DNA of 63,760 nucleotides, filler included, from Stramenopiles sp. TOSAG23-2 (GCA_900128395.1; 8 parts of 8 records of this genome joined end to end with filler, not necessarily neighbours in it); one strand, 5' to 3'. Positions 35,492 through 45,640 are shown, numbered from the whole stretch's first letter. Made by a program: numbers and translations. The notes: generated by a model from the letters alone, not told the origin.

Positions 35492-36359
35492 CATTTTCTA
35501 TATAAGCTTGTATCACCTCTTTTCCCTTCGTTCCCTTCATTTCTTTCAAATAAGCAAAACATATTTCCCTATGCAAGGTGGTTCTGTAAATCAAGCATTT
35601 CATAAGATTTTCATCAATATCATTAATAAATAATAAAGCCAAGCCGTTCAAAATAAGTTCAATAGAAGGTATTTGGTTATACCGCATTAATAAAAAACCA
35701 GTTAGGATTATGCTCCATATCATTTCGACGAATTCTAAGAACACCCACATAATGGTTTTTTTTTTACTTGAAGTTGATATTATTATTCCTGAATAATAAT
35801 AATGATGAAAAAAACTAACTAATATTTTTACTTCAACATATCCACAAAAGAATAAAAAAAGAAAATAAAAAAGAACATCTTGCAAGAAAAATTTAATATA
35901 GTCTCCCATAGTTAGGTCATCTTTTGTTTCCACGACGCTGAATGTATTAATTTGATGTGTTGTGTTGTATGAAATATTGCCTACCCTGAAACCGTGTTCG
36001 TGATATTCCACTCTGGACCAATAACGATTTTCCTCCATGTCACCATCAGCTATAAGTGAAACATAAAGAAACATAGCTAGCTCTACAACTTTAATTGCAT
36101 AAGCGCTAATTCGAATGGACAAAGGCAGTTTTTTAGGGCAAAATAAAATATCATAAGCCCCAAGGTCTTCATCTTTCATATGCTCTTCATATATAATTTC
36201 AAGCTTGCTTCTTTTTTCTATTAGATCATATTTCTCTTGTATTTTTTCCATGAACTTTTTAAATAAGTCTGCCTCAGCATCACTTAAAACAATAGATTTT
36301 TCTTCAGTAGCCGAAGTTGCTTCGCCTATTAAGTTAGTTTCTGGAACAATTTTAGACAT
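35492..36359 (-). CDS. Multi-pass membrane protein, 3'-truncated by contig end; looks cellular rather than viral
   Basis: About four TM segments and the motif ELILNGLALLFINDIDE; the ORF runs into the gap. Confidence 0.65.
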
Positions 36360-36813
36360 CGTTAAGATTATTGTATGTATGTTTGCTATTTGATTTTATT
36401 TTTATAAATATTTTTATTCAGTTTATACATGCCGTGTAGGTGTGTGTATAAACGCAGTTGAACGGTAAATTTATTATTTTCTAGGTAGAGAAAATATTCC
36501 TTCGTTCCCTTCATTTCTTTAAAAGGGGGCGCACAACCAGTCATTTTTTATATAGAAATAGCATTAAATCATAATAATATCCAAAAATAGCATAAAATAT
36601 CATTATTATAAATTTTTCAAAAATAAAATGAATAAATGATTGAAAATTTCAATACTATACACACTATATACATAAAGATATATATATCTATACGTATATA
36701 CACAGACGGATGTATATCAAAAAGAAATTTATTAATAAAAACAATTAACAACAAACAACAATTGATTAAAAGAATATATACAAATTACAGCAACAAAACA
36801 ATATTTATACAAT

Positions 36814-37869
36814 ATGAGTTCAACGCCAACAAATAGAAAAAATATAAAGGGCATCTCAGATCCAGCACAAGATATGTTGGAAAACTTCAGAAAAGATGGA
36901 TCCCTTGAGTTTAGTATGGACGTTTTTAACGATTTAATTGATGCCGGAGACACAGACGAAAGAATGTTTTTAGCTGAAAAACTTGTGAAAAAAGACGGGG
37001 TAAAAAAATCTATTTATTATTCAATGTATGAATGCGACGACCGATTTGAAAAACAAGAAAAAGTATTTGATAATTTAGTTGTGGTAGATGAAGACATGTC
37101 GTTAAGACAGGTTGTAGATAAAGGAACTATCTACAAAGAAGTCCATGAGTGGTTGGAAGCCAACGAACAACGTGATAAAGATGACAAAGCGAGAAAAGCG
37201 CTAGAACCATTAACTGAATGGTATGAACGAAATAAAGCAAACCGAAAAAAGAAGGTAGCAGCACAGAAAATTGAAGAACTTATTACAAATATCAAAGATT
37301 TTGAAGACGAACTTCAACGTGCAACAAAACCATCCATGCAAAAGTTGCTGAAAGCGGAAGTGGCAAAAGCAAGTAAAGATCTTGAAAAGAGAAAAAAGAA
37401 ATTTATAAATGATTTTCACGAATCTTACGAAACCTACAAAAATATTGGACCTTCTCCGCTGCAACGACAAGATACGTTAGAAGATTTAGAAGAGAAGAAA
37501 AAAACCATTAATGATGCTATAAAAAGGGCTGAGGAACGACGTAAAAGAAAAAGAGATAGTGATGATGAAGGATCTAGTTCGAGCTCAGATAGCGATAGCG
37601 ATAGCGATGATGATGATGATGATGATGGCAATGATGATGATTTTACAAGTGCCCCAACTCCAAGTTCAAAGAAGAAAAAGAAAAAGAACGACGAAACAGG
37701 ACACAATATTACAAGTTTTTTTGCAGGAAGTAGTAAAAAGAAAAATACAACGCCTTCAGCATTTGATATAGACGATGATACAAACGAAAAAATTCAAGAA
37801 TTTTTACAAACACAAAAAAAGAAAAAGGCAAAATCAAGCAAGAAAAAGAAGAAAAAAAGCAGACATTGA
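36814..37869 (+). CDS. Hypothetical charged protein with coiled coil, acidic tract and poly-Lys NLS-like tail
   Basis: 351-aa ORF; SDSDSDSDDDDDDD tract and KKKKKK clusters. Confidence 0.7.
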   Translation: MSSTPTNRKNIKGISDPAQDMLENFRKDGSLEFSMDVFNDLIDAGDTDERMFLAEKLVKKDGVKKSIYYSMYECDDRFEKQEKVFDNLVVVDEDMSLRQVVDKGTIYKEVHEWLEANEQRDKDDKARKALEPLTEWYERNKANRKKKVAAQKIEELITNIKDFEDELQRATKPSMQKLLKAEVAKASKDLEKRKKKFINDFHESYETYKNIGPSPLQRQDTLEDLEEKKKTINDAIKRAEERRKRKRDSDDEGSSSSSDSDSDSDDDDDDDGNDDDFTSAPTPSSKKKKKKNDETGHNITSFFAGSSKKKNTTPSAFDIDDDTNEKIQEFLQTQKKKKAKSSKKKKKKSRH

Positions 37870-37952
37870 CTACCACAAAGTCCAATGTCGATTAAACAAA
37901 TAGACAGATATGAAATATTTCAATCAAAAAAAAATCTTATAAGTTGTTTTAT

Positions 37953-38696
37953 TTAAAAAGATTTTAATTTAAATGTATAATAATTATTTTTTTTTTTACT
38001 AAATGTGATAAACACATAACGTCCATACCATCTTTTATCATTTACTATATGTTGAGATTGAATGTACCAACCTAATTGATTCATTTGATTTAATCTACGA
38101 GGAGTAAAAGTATTCATAGTTGATAAATTTATTAACCAAAAGATACCTTTAGTTGATATATTCATTGCTTTAAGATGAAAACGCCAGAATAATTTACGTG
38201 GCACAAACGGAGGATTTCCAATGATGTATTGAACTTTTGATTTGTAATGAAAAAAATTGCGACCTTTGTTTAATTCACACCAATCTTTTTCTACATAAGA
38301 TGGTAAATTATTATAAAAAGCTCCGTTGCCCATGCATGGATCTAAGATAATATCATTTTCTTTAAAATTACATCTTTTGATTAAATGTTTTGCCATTTTT
38401 TCATTGGTATATACAAACGTTTTATCGAATTTATTAATTAATATTCCTAGATTGTCTAATTTATCCTTTTTATAATCCCAAATTTTCTTTTTATCATACG
38501 TAAAATCATGCATCATCTTTAAATAATATATAGCTTGTTGATAGTTTTTTTGTTTGACAACATCTTTTAATGTAGCATGTTCCAACTCTTTATTTAATTG
38601 ACGTATTTTATGAAATTCCAAATATTCATAAGCTTTTTTATAGTTTTTTTGTTTAACTATATCTTTTAAAGTTATATTATCCATTTCTGTATTCAT
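37953..38696 (-). CDS. DNA amino-methyltransferase (N6-adenine type) no. 1
   Basis: FVYTN (motif X-like), IILDPCMGNGAF (SAM-binding motif I) and IIGNPPF (catalytic motif IV). Confidence 0.88.
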   Translation of the reverse strand: MNTEMDNITLKDIVKQKNYKKAYEYLEFHKIRQLNKELEHATLKDVVKQKNYQQAIYYLKMMHDFTYDKKKIWDYKKDKLDNLGILINKFDKTFVYTNEKMAKHLIKRCNFKENDIILDPCMGNGAFYNNLPSYVEKDWCELNKGRNFFHYKSKVQYIIGNPPFVPRKLFWRFHLKAMNISTKGIFWLINLSTMNTFTPRRLNQMNQLGWYIQSQHIVNDKRWYGRYVFITFSKKKNNYYTFKLKSF

Positions 38697-38933
38697 TTTA
38701 TCTTGTATAATATATGGATGTTATTATTTTGCAATTTTTATATGATTATTTGTATGTATGTATATATTTATATACGGTATAATTATAACATTACGAAAAA
38801 TAAATAGCACTAATTTTACTATTTATTATTCAATTTTCACAAAAAAACATATATTCATAAAGATAAAATAATAATAATAATAATAATAACATGAAACATA
38901 AAAAAGATATAAAGAAAACAAAAAATCAATAAA

Positions 38934-39620
38934 ATGGATAAATATTCATTAAAACAAATAAAAGAAAAAGGTTTATATGAAGAAGCCAAATCTTTTTTAG
39001 AAGCAAAACATCTGGAACAAATAAAAAATGAATTATTCGATAAAAGTTTAAAAGAAATAGCCAGATCTAAACGATATGAAGATGCTAAACTAATATTATT
39101 TGCTGAAATATTACAAACAAAAAATGAGTTTTACACACCGAAAGAAGCTTTTCAACAAATAAATCATTTTATACCGAAAGATAAGACAATATGGGAACCA
39201 TTTACAATGGGAAATCACAAATGTATAGAAAGTCCAACCTATTTACGAGAACTAGGTCATAAAGTTATAGCGACAGGCGAGAATTTTTTTACATGTTCCT
39301 ATGGTGATATTGTTGTCAGTAATATACCTTTTTCCACACCAAAGGGCACACCAAATATAAAGATGCGGATATTAAAGCGTTTGGTATTTTTAAAAAAACC
39401 ATTTTTATTACTAGTCCCAATACAATTTTTACAAACAAGAGAGATTAAAATGTTTCAACAAAAATATGGAGAGATTCAATTATTAATTCCGTGTGATAGA
39501 ATTAAATTTTATTATTATATAAATAAAAAGCGACACCAATATGCACACCCAAACAACCATCATATTTGTTGTTGGATTTGTTGGAAAATGAATTATGAGC
39601 GAGACGTGTATTTTTTGTAA
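38934..39620 (+). CDS. DNA amino-methyltransferase no. 2, variant catalytic motif NIPF
   Basis: EFYTPK, TIWEPFTMG, GENFF, DIVVSNIPFS and KPFLLLVP motifs. Confidence 0.82.
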   Translation: MDKYSLKQIKEKGLYEEAKSFLEAKHLEQIKNELFDKSLKEIARSKRYEDAKLILFAEILQTKNEFYTPKEAFQQINHFIPKDKTIWEPFTMGNHKCIESPTYLRELGHKVIATGENFFTCSYGDIVVSNIPFSTPKGTPNIKMRILKRLVFLKKPFLLLVPIQFLQTREIKMFQQKYGEIQLLIPCDRIKFYYYINKKRHQYAHPNNHHICCWICWKMNYERDVYFL

Positions 39621-39773
39621 AATAATATGTAGATAGCATTAGGATCCATTTTTCTGATTTTTTTTTACTTAATAATTTATTATATATATACCACAAATAT
39701 ATATATATGCATAGATAGATAGATAAACATATATGCACATGTTTATAAATAAAAATAAAAGTAAAAACACAAA

Positions 39774-40457
39774 ATGGAATCTTATTCATTAAAACAAATA
39801 AAAGAAAACGATTTATATGAAGAAGCTAAGTCATTTTTAAAAACAAAACATCTGGAACAAATAAAAAATGAATTATTCGATAAAAGTTTAAAAGAAATAT
39901 GTAGATCCAAAGAGTATAAACCTGCACTTTATATATTAAAAGAATACATGCTACGTGAAAAAAATGAATACTATACAAACAAAGATACGTTTGAAAAGAT
40001 TAACCATTTAATACCAAAAAATAAAATAATATGGGAACCATTTACAATGGGAAACCACAAATATATCGAAAGTCCAACATATTTACGAGAACTAGGTCAT
40101 GAAGTTATAGCAACAGGCGAGAATTTTTTTACATGCAACTATGGTGATATCGTAGTTAGCAACATGCCTTTTAACCAACATATGGGTGAAGAATCGATAA
40201 AGGTACGAATTATTAAACGTTTAATAAAAATGAATAAGCCCTTTATGCTTTTGGTTCAAAGTAATTTTATTCAAACAAAAGTATTTAAAACTATACGTGA
40301 TAGACACAGACATTTTCAATTTATACTTCCTAGCTACAAAGTGAGTTATCACAGAAAAGATTTACATGGGGATAAAGTAAAACTGAGTGTTCCAAATTTT
40401 TATAGTTCGTGGATCTGCTGGAAAATAAATTTGGCTGCTGATGTGATTTTTGTGTAA
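39774..40457 (+). CDS. DNA amino-methyltransferase no. 3, paralog of no. 2, variant catalytic motif NMPF
   Basis: EYYTNK, IIWEPFTMG, GENFF, DIVVSNMPFN and KPFMLLV; 39844-39899 is identical to 39004-39059. Confidence 0.82.
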   Translation: MESYSLKQIKENDLYEEAKSFLKTKHLEQIKNELFDKSLKEICRSKEYKPALYILKEYMLREKNEYYTNKDTFEKINHLIPKNKIIWEPFTMGNHKYIESPTYLRELGHEVIATGENFFTCNYGDIVVSNMPFNQHMGEESIKVRIIKRLIKMNKPFMLLVQSNFIQTKVFKTIRDRHRHFQFILPSYKVSYHRKDLHGDKVKLSVPNFYSSWICWKINLAADVIFV

Positions 40458-40488
40458 AACTAAATGATTTAATACTTAATAAATAGCT

Positions 40489-40989
40489 TTATTTTTTTAT
40501 CATAGCCTGTGATGCGGACGTAAGCGCACTATTAATACTTACACCTCCCTGTGGCATCCAACCTTCAGCTATTTTCTCCTCAACTAGGAAAGCCAGTTGC
40601 TTGTAGAGAAGCGGCTCAATAAATTCATTACCTGGTGCATATCTATATATTCCTCCTGTGCTCTTTTCTAAAACAGGCAGTCCTTTTGCTAGATTTTTTA
40701 TCTCTTCATAAGTTAGATCAGGTTTTGTCTGTACTCCCCCAAATACAGGAGCTTTTGGTTTTTTTTGGAGTTCTTGTTGATATAGTGCATATAACCGTTT
40801 ATAATTATCAGCAGCTTTCTTATATTCATCTGTTTCCAATACATCAGACCTAGATGCCCTAACTATAATATATTTCTGATGAGGAGCGGTAATGTGTACT
40901 GAACTGTCTGCATGGACAGGAACTGTATTGATTGAGTAATATATCCACACTAAAACACACAAAAAAGCAGCTAAAATGTATTTCATCAT
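40489..40989 (-). CDS. Membrane-anchored protein with DUF1737-like C-terminus
   Basis: N-terminal hydrophobic helix; C-terminal VEEKIAEGWMPQGGVSI...QAMIK pattern. Confidence 0.55.
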   Translation of the reverse strand: MMKYILAAFLCVLVWIYYSINTVPVHADSSVHITAPHQKYIIVRASRSDVLETDEYKKAADNYKRLYALYQQELQKKPKAPVFGGVQTKPDLTYEEIKNLAKGLPVLEKSTGGIYRYAPGNEFIEPLLYKQLAFLVEEKIAEGWMPQGGVSINSALTSASQAMIKK

Positions 40990-41326
40990 TTTTTTATTAT
41001 TCTTTTTTATGTTATTAATATTTTTTATATTTGCATGTGTATTTTTATTTTATCTTATGTATAAAATAAGTAATTATTTAATAAATATTATTTATTTTTT
41101 ACAGATTTATATTTATATTTGTTGTAAAAGTAATTTGTATCTAATAAAATAATAATATGGATATAGCATTATATGGCGTTTTTCCAATAATGAAGTAAAT
41201 AAAATAAATATCGTTAATAAAAACCTACAATCTGATACATAAAAATATTCAACAATATAATTTATCTCTTTTTGTCAATTTGGGGAGAGAAAATAATTAT
41301 TAGATAACCGTCCTGTGTAAGCTAAT

Positions 41327-41998
41327 ATGGATTATATTAGTAATATATTATCAAAATGTTTTAAACATAATGTAGATTTAAGTTATGAACGTATAAAAAA
41401 ATGGTTCATCCCTGTAAGAAACTGTATTATGTTTTTTATCATGTGTGAAGTTATTATTATCATGTGTGACTCCGTGGCAGACAAGTTTTGTAAAATACAA
41501 ATACAGTGGTCTGTATGGTGGTTGTTATCGTGGTTTAACAAAAAAGATGGAAACTTATGTTATTACGTTCGTAAAATCCCATTGGATGTAATAACTGCAA
41601 GAAACAATTATTTTTGGGAAATAATTTCACTATGGTTTGCGTTCATCACCACCACTTTATGGAATAACTCTCATGCAGTTTATAACCACAATAAAACTAT
41701 CACATCACAGGAGTTAGAAAATTTTAAAGATTTTCCATTAATGAAAAATGTCACAACACAAGTGTATGCAGTTTGGGATATTCCTGGTTTAAAAGCTGGA
41801 GTGTATTTAAATTATAATGATATTGAAACATTTCATAAAAGGAAAGGAAAAGAATTCGGGGACTATCATGGAGTTCGGAGTTATAACTCTAAAAATTGTG
41901 GGGGTGATTTATTAAGAACAGTAAAAACAGCAGAGGAAAAAGTAAAGGATGAGTTAAGAGTAAAGAATATTCCACATTTGCGTATAAAAAAAGAATAA
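41327..41998 (+). CDS. Hypothetical membrane protein, C-terminus weakly like the RNase H1 N-terminal/viroplasmin domain
   Basis: Hydrophobic segments in the N-terminal half; VYAVW....KAGVYLNY.D pattern. Confidence 0.5.
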   Translation: MDYISNILSKCFKHNVDLSYERIKKWFIPVRNCIMFFIMCEVIIIMCDSVADKFCKIQIQWSVWWLLSWFNKKDGNLCYYVRKIPLDVITARNNYFWEIISLWFAFITTTLWNNSHAVYNHNKTITSQELENFKDFPLMKNVTTQVYAVWDIPGLKAGVYLNYNDIETFHKRKGKEFGDYHGVRSYNSKNCGGDLLRTVKTAEEKVKDELRVKNIPHLRIKKE

Positions 41999-42070
41999 CT
42001 TTAGATTCACATTAAGTATAATATATAAAAAAATTCATATAAATATAATTTATTTCTAGTATATATATAT

Positions 42071-42280
42071 ATGATAAAGGTAAATATAAACGAAATTGAG
42101 GCGATGAGCCTAACAGAACTAAAAAATGTATTACGGCAATTTTTAGAAAAAGAAAATGCGAGATTAGAAAAAATGAGAAAAGCTCATGCAAAATATAGAA
42201 AAAGTGAAAAAGGTCGGAAAAAAATGCGAGAATTACAGAAAAAACACTACCAAAAATCCAAAAATCCACCAAAAAACTAG
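42071..42280 (+). CDS. Small basic helical protein, possibly DNA-binding
   Basis: 69 aa with AKYRKSEKGRKKMRELQKKHYQK; ATG follows a TATATA run; co-oriented with the replicase. Confidence 0.65.
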   Translation: MIKVNINEIEAMSLTELKNVLRQFLEKENARLEKMRKAHAKYRKSEKGRKKMRELQKKHYQKSKNPPKN

Positions 42281-42445
42281 CTTTTTTTCCAAAAAAACAG
42301 AGAAAACGACTCAAAAAGTAGCATAAAATGTAAAAAAAAGGTATTAAATTTTTTACATTTTTACCGAAAATCCAAAAAAATAGCCATATATTGGACATTC
42401 AAGGCTAATTTACGAAGGCTATACATTTTACTGGTTTTTACACCA

Positions 42446-42617
42446 TTATGGTCTTATTTTGAAAATATACCTTTATTTTTATGGTCTTATTTATGGTCAC
42501 GAAGGAAACGAAGGAAAAAGTCAATTTTAAAAAGAGGAAAGAAAAAAAATATTTTTTTTTATCCATAACAAATATATATAAGTTAGAAACCCCCTGTTTT
42601 TCCTTCGTATCCTTCGT
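42446..42617. promoter_or_regulatory. Putative replication origin or operator: inverted iteron pair plus direct repeats
   Basis: ACGAAGGAAACGAAGGAAAAA (42499-42519) versus TTTTTCCTTCGTATCCTTCGT (42597-42617), 20/21 inverted match around an A/T-rich spacer; TTATGGTC three times at 42446, 42479 and 42491. Confidence 0.5.
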
Positions 42618-42671
42618 TTCATATACATATTTATATATTTAGAATCAATATAAAGAAATCTTCTAATAAAT

Positions 42672-45602
42672 ATGTATAGGATGGAAAATTATTGGAAAAT
42701 CGAGAAAAACACCAGTCAATTATTTAGTAAATTTGCTATTTTGCATGAACCTCTGAATCTTGAAAATTTAGAGTTGCTTTTAAGATCCAACTACAACTGC
42801 ACATACGATGATAAAGAATGGCTAGAACAGTTCAATGTCCCATTTGATAATGTGCGGGACCATTTAAAAAAGCTAAAATCTAAAGTGAGGAATGGACATT
42901 TAGAAACAAATGCAAGTATTAAAGATGGGTATGGTAGAGCCACATACAAAGGGCATATATCACTGTGTATGTTAAAATCTGAAATACGACAAGCTTTATC
43001 TATAGAGACAAGCACTGATTATGATATAAAAAATTGCCAACCACATATTTTATATGAAATTTGTAAAAAAATGATAAAGAAAAAAAACAAAAAAGAATAT
43101 ACTAAATTAAAAAGTTATTGCACAAAACGTGATAAATGGTTAAGCACATTAGCCGAAAGCTTTTTTAATGAAGATACAAAAGAGAATAGAGGAAAAGTAA
43201 AAGTTGGAATTATTAGAATGTGCTTTTTTGGCGGATCTATCTCAAAATGGTTTAATGAAAATAATGTAGATATGGATAAAAATGGTGATGTGTATCAATT
43301 AAAAAAAGAAGTGGATGCCATAGTGGATAAATATATTATTCAAAATAATTACAAAATATTTGAGGAGATAAAAAAAGAAAAAGAACAAGAGTATAATGAC
43401 AAGATGAAATATTATAAAAAAAATAGAAAGAAAAAACCACATCTAAAACAACCGATAAAGAAAGATCCAAAAAGCACATTAATAAGTAAATTCTTACATG
43501 AATATGAACGTAAGTGTGTTGAAGCAGTATTACTGGAACTAATGAGACGTGGCAAAATAAAAAAAAATGAATTTATTTATTGCTATGATGGATTTCAGAT
43601 AAAAAATAATATAGATGTCAGAGTAGAAGAATTGGAAAGAATTGTAAAGGATAAAGTTGGACTAGAAGTAAGATTTGATATAAAGAATTGTGCAGATGGG
43701 GAAAAAGTTATGCAAGAAGTGAATGAATTAATAAAAGCTATGGAACCCTCAGAAAAAAATCAGTATGAGTTTGATCCAGACTATTTTAAAAGTATAGACG
43801 ATTGTTTTGAAATGCAATGTTGGTATTGGAATAAATTTTTCTGTTTTACAGAAATGGAAGGAATTTATTGGTACCGGGATAAAATACCGAAAAATAATCC
43901 AGAAACAGGAAAAACACAAATGGTTAATAAAGTCACAGAATACAGTCCAAATAAATTTAGAGATTCCTGGAGGCACTATAAAACAATAAAGGTTGATAAA
44001 AATGGTAATAAAGACGCAAAAATTTTTATAGATAAGTGGAAGGATGACTTAGATTATTTTAATTCCTACAAATTACAAAATTTTTTACCAGAAAATAAAC
44101 CGTTGAGGTTATTAAATCATGACAAGTCTATATATAATATTTTTCAAGGTTATCCAGATTTTTTATTTTCAGATGCACAACTGGAAAATTATGACAAAAA
44201 TGTAAAGTTCTTTCTACAATTTATTTCCAACTTAGTAGGTAATACTGAAGCGTGTGAGCAATTAACACACTTAATTGGATATAAGATAAAATATCCCGGA
44301 CGTAAAAAGCCTTATGGTATAATAATAAAAGGACTTCAAGGTGAAGGTAAGAATTTTTTACTATACTTAATTTCGAAAATAATAGGTGAAGACCATTATT
44401 TTACTTCCAGCAATATAGATGATATAGCTGGAACCCATGCAACAGGTATCGAGGGGAAATTAATTATAAACCTAAATGAGATGGATTTAAGCTCAACAAA
44501 AGATAAAACAAATTTGATGAAAAGTCTTATTAGTGAAAATGTAATAAATGTTAATAAAAAATTTGTGAATCATTATAAAGCGTATAATTTTGCATTGTTT
44601 ATTGTGACCTCTAATGAAACACTACCAATTATGATAGATATGATGACAGGTGATAGAAGATGGTTTGTTTTTGAAGGTAATGGAGAAAATACAAAACTGG
44701 ATGACAGAACATGGGATTATTTGTGGGGACTATGTGAAGATCTAAATTTTTTACGTTGTATTTATAAATACTTTATGGGTTTAGATTATAATGCTTACAG
44801 TTTTAAAGAAGCTAAACGACAAAATAGTTTAAGTAAAGCATATGCAAAAATGGCTTCATATTTTATACCATATGAGTTGCTATTTTTAAAAGATTTTTTT
44901 ATCAATAATAGATTTTTAATGCAAAAATATGGAGAAAATTATGATGATGAACGTCTTTATTATAAATTTGATGCTTTTTATGAAAAAATGGAAATCGAAG
45001 TAGCAGATATGTGCAGGGAATTTTGGGAATGGAGTGAAAATAATAGAGTGGCATTGGGTCAAAGTAAAAACACAAAAGCATTAAAGAATAAGCTAATGTC
45101 ATTTAATTTCAGAGAATTTACAACATTTCTTGATAATAAAACTAGACGAGTAAAGTTACGGTTTTATCCATATTTAGTAATGAAAGACTTAATTAGTAAA
45201 AAAGCTTTTGATAGTGCAGATATGGAAAAATGGCGAGAAACAGATTTGAAATCTAACAATAATAAAAAAAGTAATATAAATGATATTTTAGAATTTTGTA
45301 AAAGTCAGCCAGAAATCGAACCAACTACAATCAAAACTAAGGTAAAATCCACTCTAAAGCCAAAGGTGAAACGTAAGATAAAATCCAGATGTAAAAAAAC
45401 AATTGCAAGTGAGAATAAATCTACTACTAATAATAAAGTGCAAAACAAGGTAAAATCCACTAATAACATTACTATAAAAATAGCAAATTCTGAAAATGTA
45501 GAACATTGTCCAACTTGTAAAGAACCATTTGGAAAATGTGATAATGAATATAATGGTTGTTATAAATTTTATGAAAAACAACAAGAAATATTACAACGAT
45601 AA
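42672..45602 (+). CDS. PolA-family-like primase-polymerase (TVpol-like) fused to superfamily 3 helicase
   Basis: PolA-like motif A DYDIKNCQPHIL, motif B RGKVKVGIIRMCFFGG and motif C IYCYDGF; SF3 Walker A GLQGEGKN, Walker B IINLNE, motif C FIVTSN and arginine finger GDRRWFV. Confidence 0.85.
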   Translation: MYRMENYWKIEKNTSQLFSKFAILHEPLNLENLELLLRSNYNCTYDDKEWLEQFNVPFDNVRDHLKKLKSKVRNGHLETNASIKDGYGRATYKGHISLCMLKSEIRQALSIETSTDYDIKNCQPHILYEICKKMIKKKNKKEYTKLKSYCTKRDKWLSTLAESFFNEDTKENRGKVKVGIIRMCFFGGSISKWFNENNVDMDKNGDVYQLKKEVDAIVDKYIIQNNYKIFEEIKKEKEQEYNDKMKYYKKNRKKKPHLKQPIKKDPKSTLISKFLHEYERKCVEAVLLELMRRGKIKKNEFIYCYDGFQIKNNIDVRVEELERIVKDKVGLEVRFDIKNCADGEKVMQEVNELIKAMEPSEKNQYEFDPDYFKSIDDCFEMQCWYWNKFFCFTEMEGIYWYRDKIPKNNPETGKTQMVNKVTEYSPNKFRDSWRHYKTIKVDKNGNKDAKIFIDKWKDDLDYFNSYKLQNFLPENKPLRLLNHDKSIYNIFQGYPDFLFSDAQLENYDKNVKFFLQFISNLVGNTEACEQLTHLIGYKIKYPGRKKPYGIIIKGLQGEGKNFLLYLISKIIGEDHYFTSSNIDDIAGTHATGIEGKLIINLNEMDLSSTKDKTNLMKSLISENVINVNKKFVNHYKAYNFALFIVTSNETLPIMIDMMTGDRRWFVFEGNGENTKLDDRTWDYLWGLCEDLNFLRCIYKYFMGLDYNAYSFKEAKRQNSLSKAYAKMASYFIPYELLFLKDFFINNRFLMQKYGENYDDERLYYKFDAFYEKMEIEVADMCREFWEWSENNRVALGQSKNTKALKNKLMSFNFREFTTFLDNKTRRVKLRFYPYLVMKDLISKKAFDSADMEKWRETDLKSNNNKKSNINDILEFCKSQPEIEPTTIKTKVKSTLKPKVKRKIKSRCKKTIASENKSTTNNKVQNKVKSTNNITIKIANSENVEHCPTCKEPFGKCDNEYNGCYKFYEKQQEILQR

Positions 45603-45640
45603 GGTGTAATTTTATATATTTAAAAAAAAACATATAAAAT

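Noticed and set aside
37953-40457. Bacterial restriction-modification system or bacterial contamination
   Set aside because: No recognisable endonuclease or specificity subunit, and the neighbours are PLV-type genes
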